Assembly (NCBI RefSeq): GCF_000497125.1
Contig: NC_090602.1
Span: 620,001-684,000 of the forward strand
Source: Spironucleus salmonicida
Lineage: Eukaryota
Length of the DNA: 64,000 bases
Direction of reading: 5' to 3'
In this document: positions 52,544 through 64,000 of the stretch, piece by piece
Position numbering within the stretch: the first letter of the stretch is position 1
Layout: each line of letters begins with the position of its first letter
Notes under the pieces: generated by a model
Databases searched by the model: none
What the model was told of the DNA's origin: nothing
The model's input: the letters and a program-made list of their open reading frames with translations, nothing else
Made by a program: the position numbers and the translations under genes

Positions 52544-55500
52544 GGCCCTAGGCCTATTTCCAAACAAGTATCAACACAGACTAAAAAGTTATGATAGTTC
52601 TATCCTATAGTATTTCATTGCACGCCTTTTACATTCTGCCAGGGGTGAAAAAGTTCTCGTGCTTTCCTTATCCCTTGCATTCTATGGTGTTTACTTTTCC
52701 TCTGCTTGCCTCTTATCTTTCCAGGCACAGGCTACGCTTATGATACTGAACTTAGCCTGTGCTGGGCAATACTTGCACACTAACATCCAACGCGTAAATA
52801 TAGTTTTCAGTTTTAGACAGACACCCCTGCTATAAAGCGAACTGCCATGAGTTTACGATTACTCTTGCACGGAGAAATGATAACCAATACGAAGTACCAA
52901 TCTGTCCAAGCACTCTTTAAGCCATATTCATATTTTCGTTCTAACGCTGCCAGAGCAGAACTGTCCACGAGAGAAGGATGCAAAGATCCAGTAGTGGCCC
53001 AAAAGTTACCCTGCATTCCATTCAATAACTTACAGATGCTGGGCAAGCTTGTCCGCATCATATTTCCCAATAGAGGTTCATGTCCCAGGCGGCAGCCCAG
53101 CTTACTAATTTCCACCAGCATCGTAATTAGTAGGGAACACACTCGGCGTGGCCAACATATCCAACGGTAGTCTTACCATTCTGTGCCCAAAGGTGTAGCT
53201 CTTGCTGATTGATAGTGGAGCAACTTTAGGTCATCCTATTGCCATGCAAACGTATGCCTATCGGATCTTATGGTGCCCACTAGTCTTGTTTGTGCCGTAT
53301 GCAACATATATTGGTTCGAATGGAGCAAGTACCTGTATGCGGTTACGACTTGAACTAATCCGTATAGGGGAGTAGCATGATGAATACATTTTACCATTTA
53401 TTACTTCCACTGTGTTACTGGTAACTGTCACTGCATGGCAGCATCCTGTAAACGAATCACCACATACTCTAAGCAGTAAACCTAGGCTGCACGGTTTATA
53501 GGAAAGTATGCTAAAGTCTCATACTCATCACACCCGCTTGTGGCTCGTCAGTAGCGTTGTAGCCCATAAACTCAGTTTTGCGCAAGTCTCCGCCAATACT
53601 TCGCACCCTATTCAGGGAGCGTTGAACGGGATCTCGCATCCTTTATGTATATCTGGTGTAGGTGCCTGTTGATCCTCCACCTGCTCATTAAATTTCCCTA
53701 GAAGCACTTCCGTCTTCCCCTAGCTAGTGTATCTGCTGTTGTGCCGTCTCACTAGCATATATAATTCTGTGATTAAGATTTAGAATCAGCTGTTCCTTAG
53801 GCCCTGCTCACCCAACCCCATCAAACATATCAAGCAGGGCAAAATTGTCAAAATAAATCTCTGGATAGTAATTAGTTTACACCCGATGCTGATAGTCTGT
53901 ACCTTTACAAGAATAATGACCGAATCTAAGGCTGGGGTGTTTTCGTCATAGCAATTTAGATACTATACTACTTGGACTCATCCATCGCAATTCTTTGGTC
54001 AAAGGCTTACAAAGATCTTGCATAGGCTTAGCAGTGGATTCCTGAAATGGTGGCTCTAGGTATTGCTTAAAAATGAGCTTTGAGGGAACTCCAATATTTG
54101 GGCCATCTGCAGAATTTGGAGGGGCAAATGCATATGCATGAGGTAAAAAATAATCCCATATGGCAAAATCAAGGAAAATGAAGTCGTAGAGTGATTGTTT
54201 TGTGGTCTTGTAGAGTATATTATTTCCGATACAAGTTCAAACAAGCTTAGGAAGTTAAGTGTTAAATTAACTATAAATAATAATCTTATTCAAATCAATT
54301 TATTATGAGGTATTTTAACAGCAATTTAATGGTTTAGGGATGTTATGATATAATTGAGGAAAGTTTATAGTGTTTTGAGGGAGTGTGAATTGACAGAGGA
54401 CAAATGGCTGGAATGGAATCATTGCATTAAGTTGGTACAGACATCGCTAGAAGAGAGCTATTGATCTGCTGGATTTAGTATTTAACTATTAGATTTATTG
54501 GTGTAATAAGTAGAATTGTAGATTTGTCCTGAATGTGTATTATTCGCATGAACATTTTATGACCAATTATATATAAAATTATTATTATATAGTATAATAT
54601 TAAGTAATTATATGCAAAAAGGAGCGTTGTTTTCATAATAATTAAAACAAAGTGTTATTATAATTATTAAGTATATATTAGATACCTAAGGTAATTGCTT
54701 TAATAATGATAACTAATTTTAGTTTCAATGAGATAAAGTTAACGTTAATGGTTGTTTATGCATAATGAAGCGTTTAAAATGTATAGTATTACTAATTTCT
54801 ACATCAATTCATGTACCTTATTTTCATAATTTATAATCAAATATATTAATATAAATTATAATATTTTAAGTAAGTATCAGTTATACTTATTCGGTATTTA
54901 TTAGTATTATATGGTAATTATATATACTATCAAAAATGATTGATATACTATAATATATTATATTATCTATGTCTAAAGTTTTAAAATATATCAATTATTT
55001 AGCTAATTAAAAATAGCAATTTCTACTCATTTAATTCGAAATATATATTTTTTATATAATTACATTCAATTATTGAAAATAGATTTTAACCTTTAATTAT
55101 TAACGTATATAAAAAAGAGGAAATCGAAAAATTCATTAATATAACTATTATCTATTGATATTAAATTATTTATTTTACCTGAAATGAATTTTTACAATAA
55201 TAATATACTGTGAATAATCTAAAGTACTTTCGAAACTTTAATTTAATATTAACTACTTGTTTCGCATTTACCTAAATATTTATTTTTGTATTTTTTCAAA
55301 TTTCCCCATAACAGTATTATTAGGAATAAATCGTTAAATCTCCTATTTTATTTTGTTGCTTTCACAAGTATATGAATCATTATGTCCCTATATTAATATT
55401 TAAAAAAATATTTTTACCCAGTTTTTGTATTATCTGATAACGTTAACTATGGATAACTTTTAAACTTACAAAAACAAATCTTCAACTTCGTTCTAAAATG

Positions 55501-58409
55501 ACGTAAGTAATCTGTCCCACTAACGCCTGCCCAATTTCTACCGTCTGCCCTAGCAAAACCCCCAGCAATGGAAGTCCGTTCTGCTAGCACTGCTCTGTGT
55601 ACAACTGTGCGTCTTGTAGTTAGCATAATATTGGTATTTGTAATTCTTGTAGATAAGGTTATAGTCTTTCTGGTAATGTCTGTAGCAAGTGTATAGAAGG
55701 CTGCTAAGATTGCACCTACTCAGGTTGTTTATAATGCCTCCCTGGACATAGAATGACTAATAATTAATGCGTAAAATGCAAACAGCATTGCAGTCAATGC
55801 AGTAATAAAGATTAATGCAGTAAGTGCGATTAAGGCTATATACTTGATAAATAAAAGTGTGTCTCTTGTGGTCTGGGCTGTAAATCTTGTTCTGGCCCTT
55901 ACAAATGCTAAAGCTGTTTAGACAGTTTCCATTTAGAAAATTAGTAGTGCATCAAGTGCGCTGATGGCTGCAAAACATGTAATTAATCTTCAATTTGCAG
56001 TTAATGCTATCCTTCGTTTATCCTCCAAGGAAATGCTTGTAAGGCCTGCCCTGTTAACTGCTTGAACTGCTCATCGACAACAACATGTACTAAGTGTTAA
56101 GATAACAGCATTTTGGCTGCCAGAACCTGCACAAAATGCGAGGATAACTGTCTGGCCTGCGCATCAGACTCTGTGTGCGGAATTTGTCGCGAGGGTTTCA
56201 TTTTGTAAAACGAGAAATGCCTGAAAATGGACTGTGATGGAAACTAACCTTGTTAAACCAAGCAGAAATTTATGCAAAATAAAACCGTCAGCAGATATGT
56301 TAAGAGACCATAACACTGCAAAAAGCTTAACAAAAAAGGACTATGTGATTAGTGTATTGATACATACGTTGCAGTAAATGGTTACTGTAAAGATTGTCCT
56401 TTGGGATGTGTTGATTGTATTTCTCTACAAGTTTGCAACAAATGCAGATAATACTTTTTTCTGAACCCCTAAAAAGAATGCAAATTATGTGGTTCCAGCT
56501 GCGCAATATGTACTAGTGTAGATAATTGCACATAGTGTGTAGGTTCACACGCACTATACTAAAATAAGTGCTACATGAAAGGTGACAATCAGTGCAACGA
56601 CGAAGATTTATGCGAAACTAAAGAATTCTGCAAACTACAAACATGGGGCAACAAGTGTAGAAGCTGCCTAGCTAACTGTCAAATCTGTAAAGACGCTACC
56701 ACGTGCGATCTATGTGTGGAGGGATATTACTTCGAGAATGGCAAGTGCAATCCCTGCCAAAGCTAGTGCAAGACCTGCGAAAATAAAACTTCATGCTTAA
56801 GCTGTAATGATGGTTTGGACCTTTCAGGCATCAAATAATGCATAGAATAACTGTGCACGGTTTCCAAGCCCTGTGTTGAAGGTCAGTTTTGCGAACTTAT
56901 CGATAGTGGAAATAAATGTACCAAATGCAACGCATCGTGTAAGACCTGTTCTGCTTCAACTACTTGCGATTCGTGTGAAACTGGTCTCGATCTCTCTACC
57001 TCTAAAAAATGCGTTGAGAATTAATGCTCCGACACACACTAATGCACGAAAAGTCATTTCTGCCAGAATCTTGAAACCGGTAACATCTGTAAAAATTGCT
57101 CTGAAAACTGCTTAAGCTGTACAGATTCGAACACCTGCACATCATGTAATTCAGCCTTTTACCTGGATTCCAAAGTGTGCAAAAAGTGCCCACAATTTTG
57201 CATGGAATGCTCGCCGAACGGAACCTGCAGCAAATGTTAGCAGAACTCGCGACTTTCAAGTGGTTCTTAATGCGTTGCAGATGCCTGCAATGACTCATAA
57301 AAATGCACAGAAGGCGAGTTTTGTACTCTCTAGGACGCGGGAAATATTTGCACCAAATGCAACGCGTCGTGCAAGACCTGTTCTGCTTCAACTACCTGCG
57401 CTTCGTGTCAGGATGGATTCGATATTTCCTCCTCTAAAAAATGCGTTAATAATTAATGCTCCGACACGCACTAATGCCAGAAAAATAATTTCTGCCAGAA
57501 ACTTGAAACCGGAAATCTGTGTCGGGCATGCCCTGCAAATTGTGAAACCTGCACCGAGGCAAATACATGCTCTAAATGCGCAGAAAACTACTTTCTAAAG
57601 GTTTCAGGAATCTGCGCTGAAGTGGTCTGTTCTGCCAGCAAACCGTGTAAAGAATACGAATTTTGCTTCTCTAGCACCTCTGGAAATGAGTGCAAAGCGT
57701 GCCCTGAGCACTGCTAATCATGCGATGGTTCTGGTGAGTGTAATGCGTGCATGGAGACCTTTTCGGTCAATAGAGGTCAGTGTCTGAGCTCCGTGGGCAA
57801 CATTGGAGTGGGGGCGATAGTTGGGATTGTTGTAGGGGTGGTTTTAGCGGTAGGTGTTCTAGCAGGGCTGGGAGCTTACTACGCCATGTCGAAGAAAAAG
57901 AAAGCTAACGTAACCGTTATAGAGGAAAATAGTTTGCAGCCAGCGAGTGTGTCAGTGTTTGCTGTTAATAGTAACGGTGGTACGCTGGTTAAATGAGATT
58001 TTATGTGAGTGAAAAATACTGTACGGGGAGTAAGAGGAATTACAGGGGAGAGAGAATTGAGATGTGGCAATTGTGCGATTCTAGACTTTGGGTAAGGGAG
58101 ATAGGGTGTATTATTTGCATGCTTGATGGTGTCTGTCTAAAACTGAAAACTATATTTACGCGTTGGATGTTAGTGTGCAAGTATTGCCCAGCACAGGCTA
58201 AGTTCAGTATCATAAGCGTAGCCTGTGCCTGGAAAGATAAGAGGCAAGCAGAGGAAAAGTAAACACCATAGAATGCAAGGGATAAGGAAAGCACGAGAAC
58301 TTTTTCACCCCTGGCAGAATGTAAAAGGCGTGCAATGAAATACTATAGGATAGAACTATCATAACTTTTTAGTCTGTGTTGATACTTGTTTGGAAATAGG
58401 CCTAGGGCC
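52544..58409. mobile_element. candidate TIR-bounded element carrying a CRMP gene (282-bp inverted arms 52544-52825 and 58128-58409)
   Basis: Arms mirror (sum 110953) and share variants absent from copy 1; no TSD or transposase recognised. Confidence 0.5.
55498..57996 (+). CDS. cysteine-rich membrane protein (CRMP2-type), 832 aa, copy B
   Basis: MTQVICPTNAC... to ...GGTLVK in one frame; same length as copy A. Confidence 0.9.
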
Positions 58410-59532
58410 CTTAGTATGTAATATAAGGAAATTAGTTCAAATTTATTTTCTTTAAAACTGTTATATTTTTATTAAATAGAGGTAACATGTAAAAGAAATA
58501 TTTAGATTAAGTTGATAGGAATTTGCGGGTAATTTTTAAAAAAATATTTTGATAAGACAATTGATCAAGAATACTAAAGGTATTAATCAGATTAAAATTA
58601 ATTCTATTTTATAAATCTAGAGAATTATTGAACTATTACTTTCATGATGTATCTCTATAATCAGTATTGTTTAAGTATTCATATAATACTAAAATTTAAA
58701 CGTAAATAACCAGATTTGTAAAACTTACCTATATTTTACATAAATGATTTATCTATTTATATGATTATTTATAGACCTAAAATAATTACATTAATAAATA
58801 AATATATTTAGCGGACTAAATTTAAGATTTCATGCTTTTCTAAAATCTAGTATGTTATACAATATAGAGAATACTTCATTCAATATTTTCACCTTATATT
58901 TGCATATTTTTATACTTCAATATATTTACTAACAAATAACTAAACCACACTATGAATATATAGTTTTTTAATATAAAATAAATTTTCAAAGTTAAAAATG
59001 TATTACTTGAAAAAAATCTATATAAAGCGATTACGATCGATTGCCATAAATAAATCAAACCAAAAATAATGAATATTTTAAAATTTTTAATTCATTATTT
59101 ATGTAAATTTTCTTCTTATAAATATGTTATTTTATACTAAATAAGAATATATTATCGAAAAAAGAATGACAAGTGAATATAAAAAAATATATATATAGTA
59201 TACCATTATTTTTTGTTTTCCACTATCTTACAATATATTGTTAAAACATCCTATATCGTATAAATATTTAACCTCTAAACCCTAAAGATAACATTTACTG
59301 TCTAGAAAAGTATCTTTAATTATTTATTATCAGTATTATTATGATTTAGAAGATACTTAGTTGTTAATTTCTTGGACCGTAAATTATTATAACTAGATTT
59401 TTTTATATAATAATTAAATTAAAAAATAAAAATCAGAACCGACTTTAACTTATATTTTATAATAAAATACAAAATCGAGTTTTTATATATAATACAATCT
59501 ACTAATATATTTTAATATTTATCTGCTCCAAA

Positions 59533-59745
59533 ATGCGTATGCTTAAAAATAAACTATTACTATCACAGTTGCCTCCAATAAGTACATCCTGCTCAAAACT
59601 TCACTCATTGATATCTGCAAGAGTTACATCTCCAATTTTAGTAAGGCATAATCTCTATAAAACTGAATTAAATCTTTCTGATGACGAGGATTATAATTTC
59701 AGTTAATAGAGTATCAAGATTCTTTAGAATTTTATGATAAAGTGA
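59533..59745 (+). CDS. small hypothetical protein, 70 aa (paralog of 22615)
   Basis: LPPISTSCSKLHSLIS...SPI...LSDDEDYNFSQQSIKILQNF; AGTGA stop. Confidence 0.7.
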
Positions 59746-59870
59746 TAGGTTTACAGTAACTTTAATTAACTACCATTTCGGCAATAAATTAATTCATTAA
59801 ATATATTTTATACATCTTATTAACTTATACATATTTAAAATCATTCCTTGAACATAGTTATATCACGCTT

Positions 59871-59999
59871 GGTTCAATGGGCCCTAAGGTAGCTGCTGCA
59901 CTTGAGTTTGCTAACTTTGGTGGTAAAGCCATTATTACTAGCTTAAATGATGCTGTGAAAGCTCTTGAAGGCTAAGTAGGTACTATCATAGCGAAATGA
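59871..59999 (+). pseudogene. 3' fragment of carbamate kinase
   Basis: [13 protein letters not shown]...GTIIAK then TGA only. Confidence 0.85.
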
Positions 60000-60417
60000 G
60001 CTTTTAACTTTTGTTATCACTTATTGCGCATTATTGCAATATTAAGGATTATTTTCATATATTGTACGTAAACTAAAAAGTTTATATGTATATTGAGTAT
60101 TAATATTCATGACTATAACTACGAGATAATTTTTTGCCGCATTTAAGTTTATTATAATACCAATATTTAACTGTAGTTATGTGTTTGTGCCTTAGTTTTA
60201 CCATAATTTAAACAGTTTCTTGAACCTATACCGCGATTATGCTGTTAAAACGAATGATACTAATTCTTGGCGCAAATTATATTTTAAGTAAGTTACATTC
60301 CATTTTATTTCCTTCATTCTATATTATATTTAATTCTTTCGTCAAGGAAGTTGGAAACGGTTTTTCTTGACTACCATTAGGTATGTTTATATTTATAATT
60401 ATAACTTCCCACTCCAC

Positions 60418-60681
60418 ATGATCAATTTATGGCCAGTAGAAGACGAGTAAAAACTGTATGACTACATTCATAGTAACGTAGGGGAAGGTGGAAAAGTATG
60501 TTGGGCGCGGTTTTTGGAAACATTTCCAGAGAAGACTGTAAACTAGGGGCAGGCAAAATTTTTCCGGATGCGTTAAGAAACTGAGCGCTGGAACTTCCGG
60601 TTCCTTAGAAGAAAGTAGACCAAGGATGGTGGAATGGATATTGCGTAAGTTATATTGCGTGTAATTGCCGCTATGGAGTGA
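60418..60681 (+). CDS. single-repeat Myb/SANT-like protein, 87 aa
   Basis: WPVEDEQKL...GKVCWARFLETFPEKTVNQGQAKF; C-rich upstream motif; AGTGA stop. Confidence 0.8.
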
Positions 60682-61541
60682 GATTTTTTGTGCTTAAAAT
60701 TTATTATTTCGCTTTACAGGTGATCTGATAATAAATTAAAACATGCGAGTAGGATTAAACTAGATGTTCCACTTATAGGATAGTATTGCTGAAAATAATA
60801 TTTAGTGATACTTTCGAAATAATAAATTATTTTTTTTGCAGAGTATATTACTATGCTAATTTCAAAAACAAGAAGCCTGTACAACATTGGTGAAATATAT
60901 GACTGGATGTACATGTACACGTTCACAGCATTATAATTTTGCTAGCTGGGGCTAAATAGATAGTATATATAATAGTATTGTTAATGCATATCCGGTATGC
61001 TCTTAATGTTCTCAAAAATTAACTATAGAATAAACTAAGATGAAAATATGTTTAATTTAGTGATTTAAATTAATTATTAGCTTTTAAATATATAATTCTT
61101 AAATATTATTGTTACAATAATAAAACTTAAAATATAAGCTATACTAATTACTACAATACTTTAATCAATTAAGTTATAATACCTTTTAATTTGTAATTAG
61201 TGAAATTTAGTTAATAAGTTAAGTAATTCAAATGTTGGTACTATTCAGAATCTATTTAATGACTAAAACATGAACCTCAGTAAGTAAATGAATAAATAAC
61301 TAGAAATACTTTATACTCAATAATTTCAATATTTATTTTGGATTTAAGATAATACAAATATTTAAAAATAATTCCCATAACAATTAATTTATATGTATAA
61401 TATTATCTTACAATTTATACAAAACTCTGATTATTATTAATTATTTTAATTAATAAGTATAATAATAAATTGTGAGAAATAGATAATATGATTATTATTA
61501 ATAAAATAAAACATTAAATGAATTTTTAATATACTCAAGAT

Positions 61542-62689
61542 TTTTTGAGAACATTAAGAGCATACCGGATATGCATTAACAATACTATTATATATACTAT
61601 CTATTTAACCCCAGCTAGCAAAATTATAATGCTGTGAACGTGTACATGTACATCCAGTCATATATTTCACCAATGTTGTACAGGCTTCTTGTTTTTGAAA
61701 TTAGCATAGTAATATACTCTGCAAAAAAAATAATTTATTATTTCGAAAGTATCACTAAATATTATTTTCAGCAATACTATCCTATAAGTGGAACATCTAG
61801 TTTAATCCTACTCGCATGTTTTAATTTATTATCAGATCACCTGTAAAGCGAAATAATAAATTTTAAGCACAAAAAATCTCACTCCATAGCGGCAATTACA
61901 CGCAATATAACTTACGCAATATCCATTCCACCATCCTTGGTCTACTTTCTTCTAAGGAACCGGAAGTTCCAGCGCTCAGTTTCTTAACGCATCCGGAAAA
62001 ATTTTGCCTGCCCCTAGTTTACAGTCTTCTCTGGAAATGTTTCCAAAAACCGCGCCCAACATACTTTTCCACCTTCCCCTACGTTACTATGAATGTAGTC
62101 ATACAGTTTTTACTCGTCTTCTACTGGCCATAAATTGATCATGTGGAGTGGGAAGTTATAATTATAAATATAAACATACCTAATGGTAGTCAAGAAAAAC
62201 CGTTTCCAACTTCCTTGACGAAAGAATTAAATATAATATAGAATGAAGGAAATAAAATGGAATGTAACTTACTTAAAATATAATTTGCGCCAAGAATTAG
62301 TATCATTCGTTTTAACAGCATAATCGCGGTATAGGTTCAAGAAACTGTTTAAATTATGGTAAAACTAAGGCACAAACACATAACTACAGTTAAATATTGG
62401 TATTATAATAAACTTAAATGCGGCAAAAAATTATCTCGTAGTTATAGTCATGAATATTAATACTCAATATACATATAAACTTTTTAGTTTACGTACAATA
62501 TATGAAAATAATCCTTAATATTGCAATAATGCGCAATAAGTGATAACAAAAGTTAAAAGCTCATTTCGCTATGATAGTACCTACTTAGCCTTCAAGAGCT
62601 TTCACAGCATCATTTAAGCTAGTAATAATGGCTTTACCACCAAAGTTAGCAAACTCAAGTGCAGCAGCTACCTTAGGGCCCATTGAACC
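61542..62689. repeat. IR3 right arm (source copy)
   Basis: Runs into the intact carbamate kinase gene. Confidence 0.95.
61879..62142 (-). CDS. single-repeat Myb/SANT-like protein (mirror copy)
   Basis: Mirror of 60418-60681. Confidence 0.8.
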
Positions 62690-63478
62690 TGCCTTAAAAT
62701 GACCTTCTGCTTATAATGCTAACATTTTTTCATATGATATCTTACCGATTTAGGTTTCATTGGGTTGTTTATAATTAATACAAGCATTCGTAACATCAGT
62801 GAGGATCATAAGGACATCAGCCTTAAGATCACGAGCCAGCAGAGAAGTAGCTAAGTCTTTATCAATTACAGCATCTACACCAGCAATTTAACCAGCTTTT
62901 TCGATTACAGGTACACCTCCTCCATTAGTACAAATAACAAGGGCTCCTGAATCGCTTAATTACTTGATAACCGCTGTCTCTAATATTTTCTAAGGACGAG
63001 GACTAGGAACTACTACTCTGTATCCTCTACCAGCATCTTCTTTGACTTTCTTTCCCTCACTAATCAGTTTGTCCGCTTCTTCTTTTGAGTAAAAGCGACC
63101 AACTGGTTTGGTAGGATTTTCAAAAGCAGGATCATTTATATCCACAATAGTCTGTGTAAGAGTACAAACAATGTTCTTATCCAATCCCAATACATTACGC
63201 ATACATTAGGTCATCCAATAACCAATAAGACCTTAGCTCATGGCACCACAACAGAATAAAGGCATTTCAGGAGAAATTGATGCAGAATTTTAATTTTAGA
63301 GAAGAATAGCACCTACTTGAGGACCGTTACCAGAAGTAAGTATAACATCATGACCAAGTGCTATTATTTTAGCAATAGATTCGGAAGCAGTTCTGACATT
63401 TTCGTATTACACTTCATGAGTACCAACCTATCCCGGTTGCTACATCGCATTACCACCAACTGCGATTACTATCTTCAT
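62561..63478 (-). CDS. arcC: carbamate kinase, 305 aa
   Basis: [55 protein letters not shown]. Confidence 0.97.
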
Positions 63479-64000
63479 TTGTGAATCAGTAAAAGATTTG
63501 AAGACACAATAAATATTATATGGTGAAATAAAATTATAATTTTGATTTATTGCAATATTACTTCTCTATCGGCGAAATTATTGTATAGATTATGATAAAA
63601 GCGACATATAAATCATTTACTCACCATTATGAACGGAAATAGACTCTATCTATACCCAATAAATTTTTCATTCTTAAATAATATTTTGTTCTAAGTTAGT
63701 AAAAATTTACCCAACTTTAATTATTATACTCGAAACCTCAATTTTCAGCATAACCCGAAACCTCCCAGTTTTTCATTTTTAGAACTCCCGCGCTTACACA
63801 AGCCTGCAACATCACATTCACCACCCTCCTATCCCCCTCCAAACTTTAGTTTCCAGCAAATTCCCCCACCCAAATATACATTATTATATATTTATACAAC
63901 TATTTTCTCAATATTAAAAACGCTCCAAAAACCGAATTAAAATTTGAAACTGTACATTTCATTCATTATTTCACCCGTAATTCAAACTATTCCATTTTTA

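Larger units (their letters stand above)
59871..61018. repeat. IR3 left arm (1148 bp), inverted copy of 61542-62689
   Basis: Mirror sum 122560; 523-bp spacer; one mismatch seen (60952/61608). Confidence 0.95.

Noticed and set aside
52807-53397. 196-aa minus-strand ORF with LVGTIRSDR (piggyBac-like) and a CCCTAG near the element end
   Set aside because: No DDD catalytic motifs and no TTAA target site; likely chance
55568-55700. Hydrophobic signal-like peptide in the +1 frame of CRMP2
   Set aside because: Expected by-product of TGT/TGC-rich codons read off-frame
40484-63478. OCD and carbamate kinase as an arginine-pathway cluster
   Set aside because: 21 kb apart with many unrelated genes between them

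Overview
AT-rich eukaryotic DNA from a hexamitid diplomonad, most consistent with Spironucleus. TAA/TAG are read as Gln and TGA is the only stop, so the supplied standard-code ORFs are fragments that join in frame. Stops often overlap an AGTGA signal, and C-rich motifs often precede the ATG. Retranslated by hand, the window holds about 35 intronless genes. These include a Grp170-type Hsp70 ending in NDEL, an ODA-docking-complex-like coiled-coil protein, CLN3, MFS, MATE and LMBR1 membrane proteins, three Exo1/XPG-family paralogs (one catalytically degenerate), ornithine cyclodeaminase, carbamate kinase, PDCD5, a Myb protein, three cysteine-rich membrane proteins (CRMPs), a 1907-aa coiled-coil protein and an atypical tRNA-Thr. 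Three architectural signals stand out. (1) A 282-bp element with a fixed GGCCCTAGGCC terminus forms terminal inverted repeats around a CRMP gene and also bounds a second, inverted CRMP copy. (2) Two near-perfect local inverted duplications and one direct duplication copy small genes while truncating their neighbours. (3) Recurrent GC/CpG-rich islands have C-rich left and G-rich right flanks regardless of gene orientation (candidate replication origins). All family assignments are by visual motif recognition; no database searches were run.
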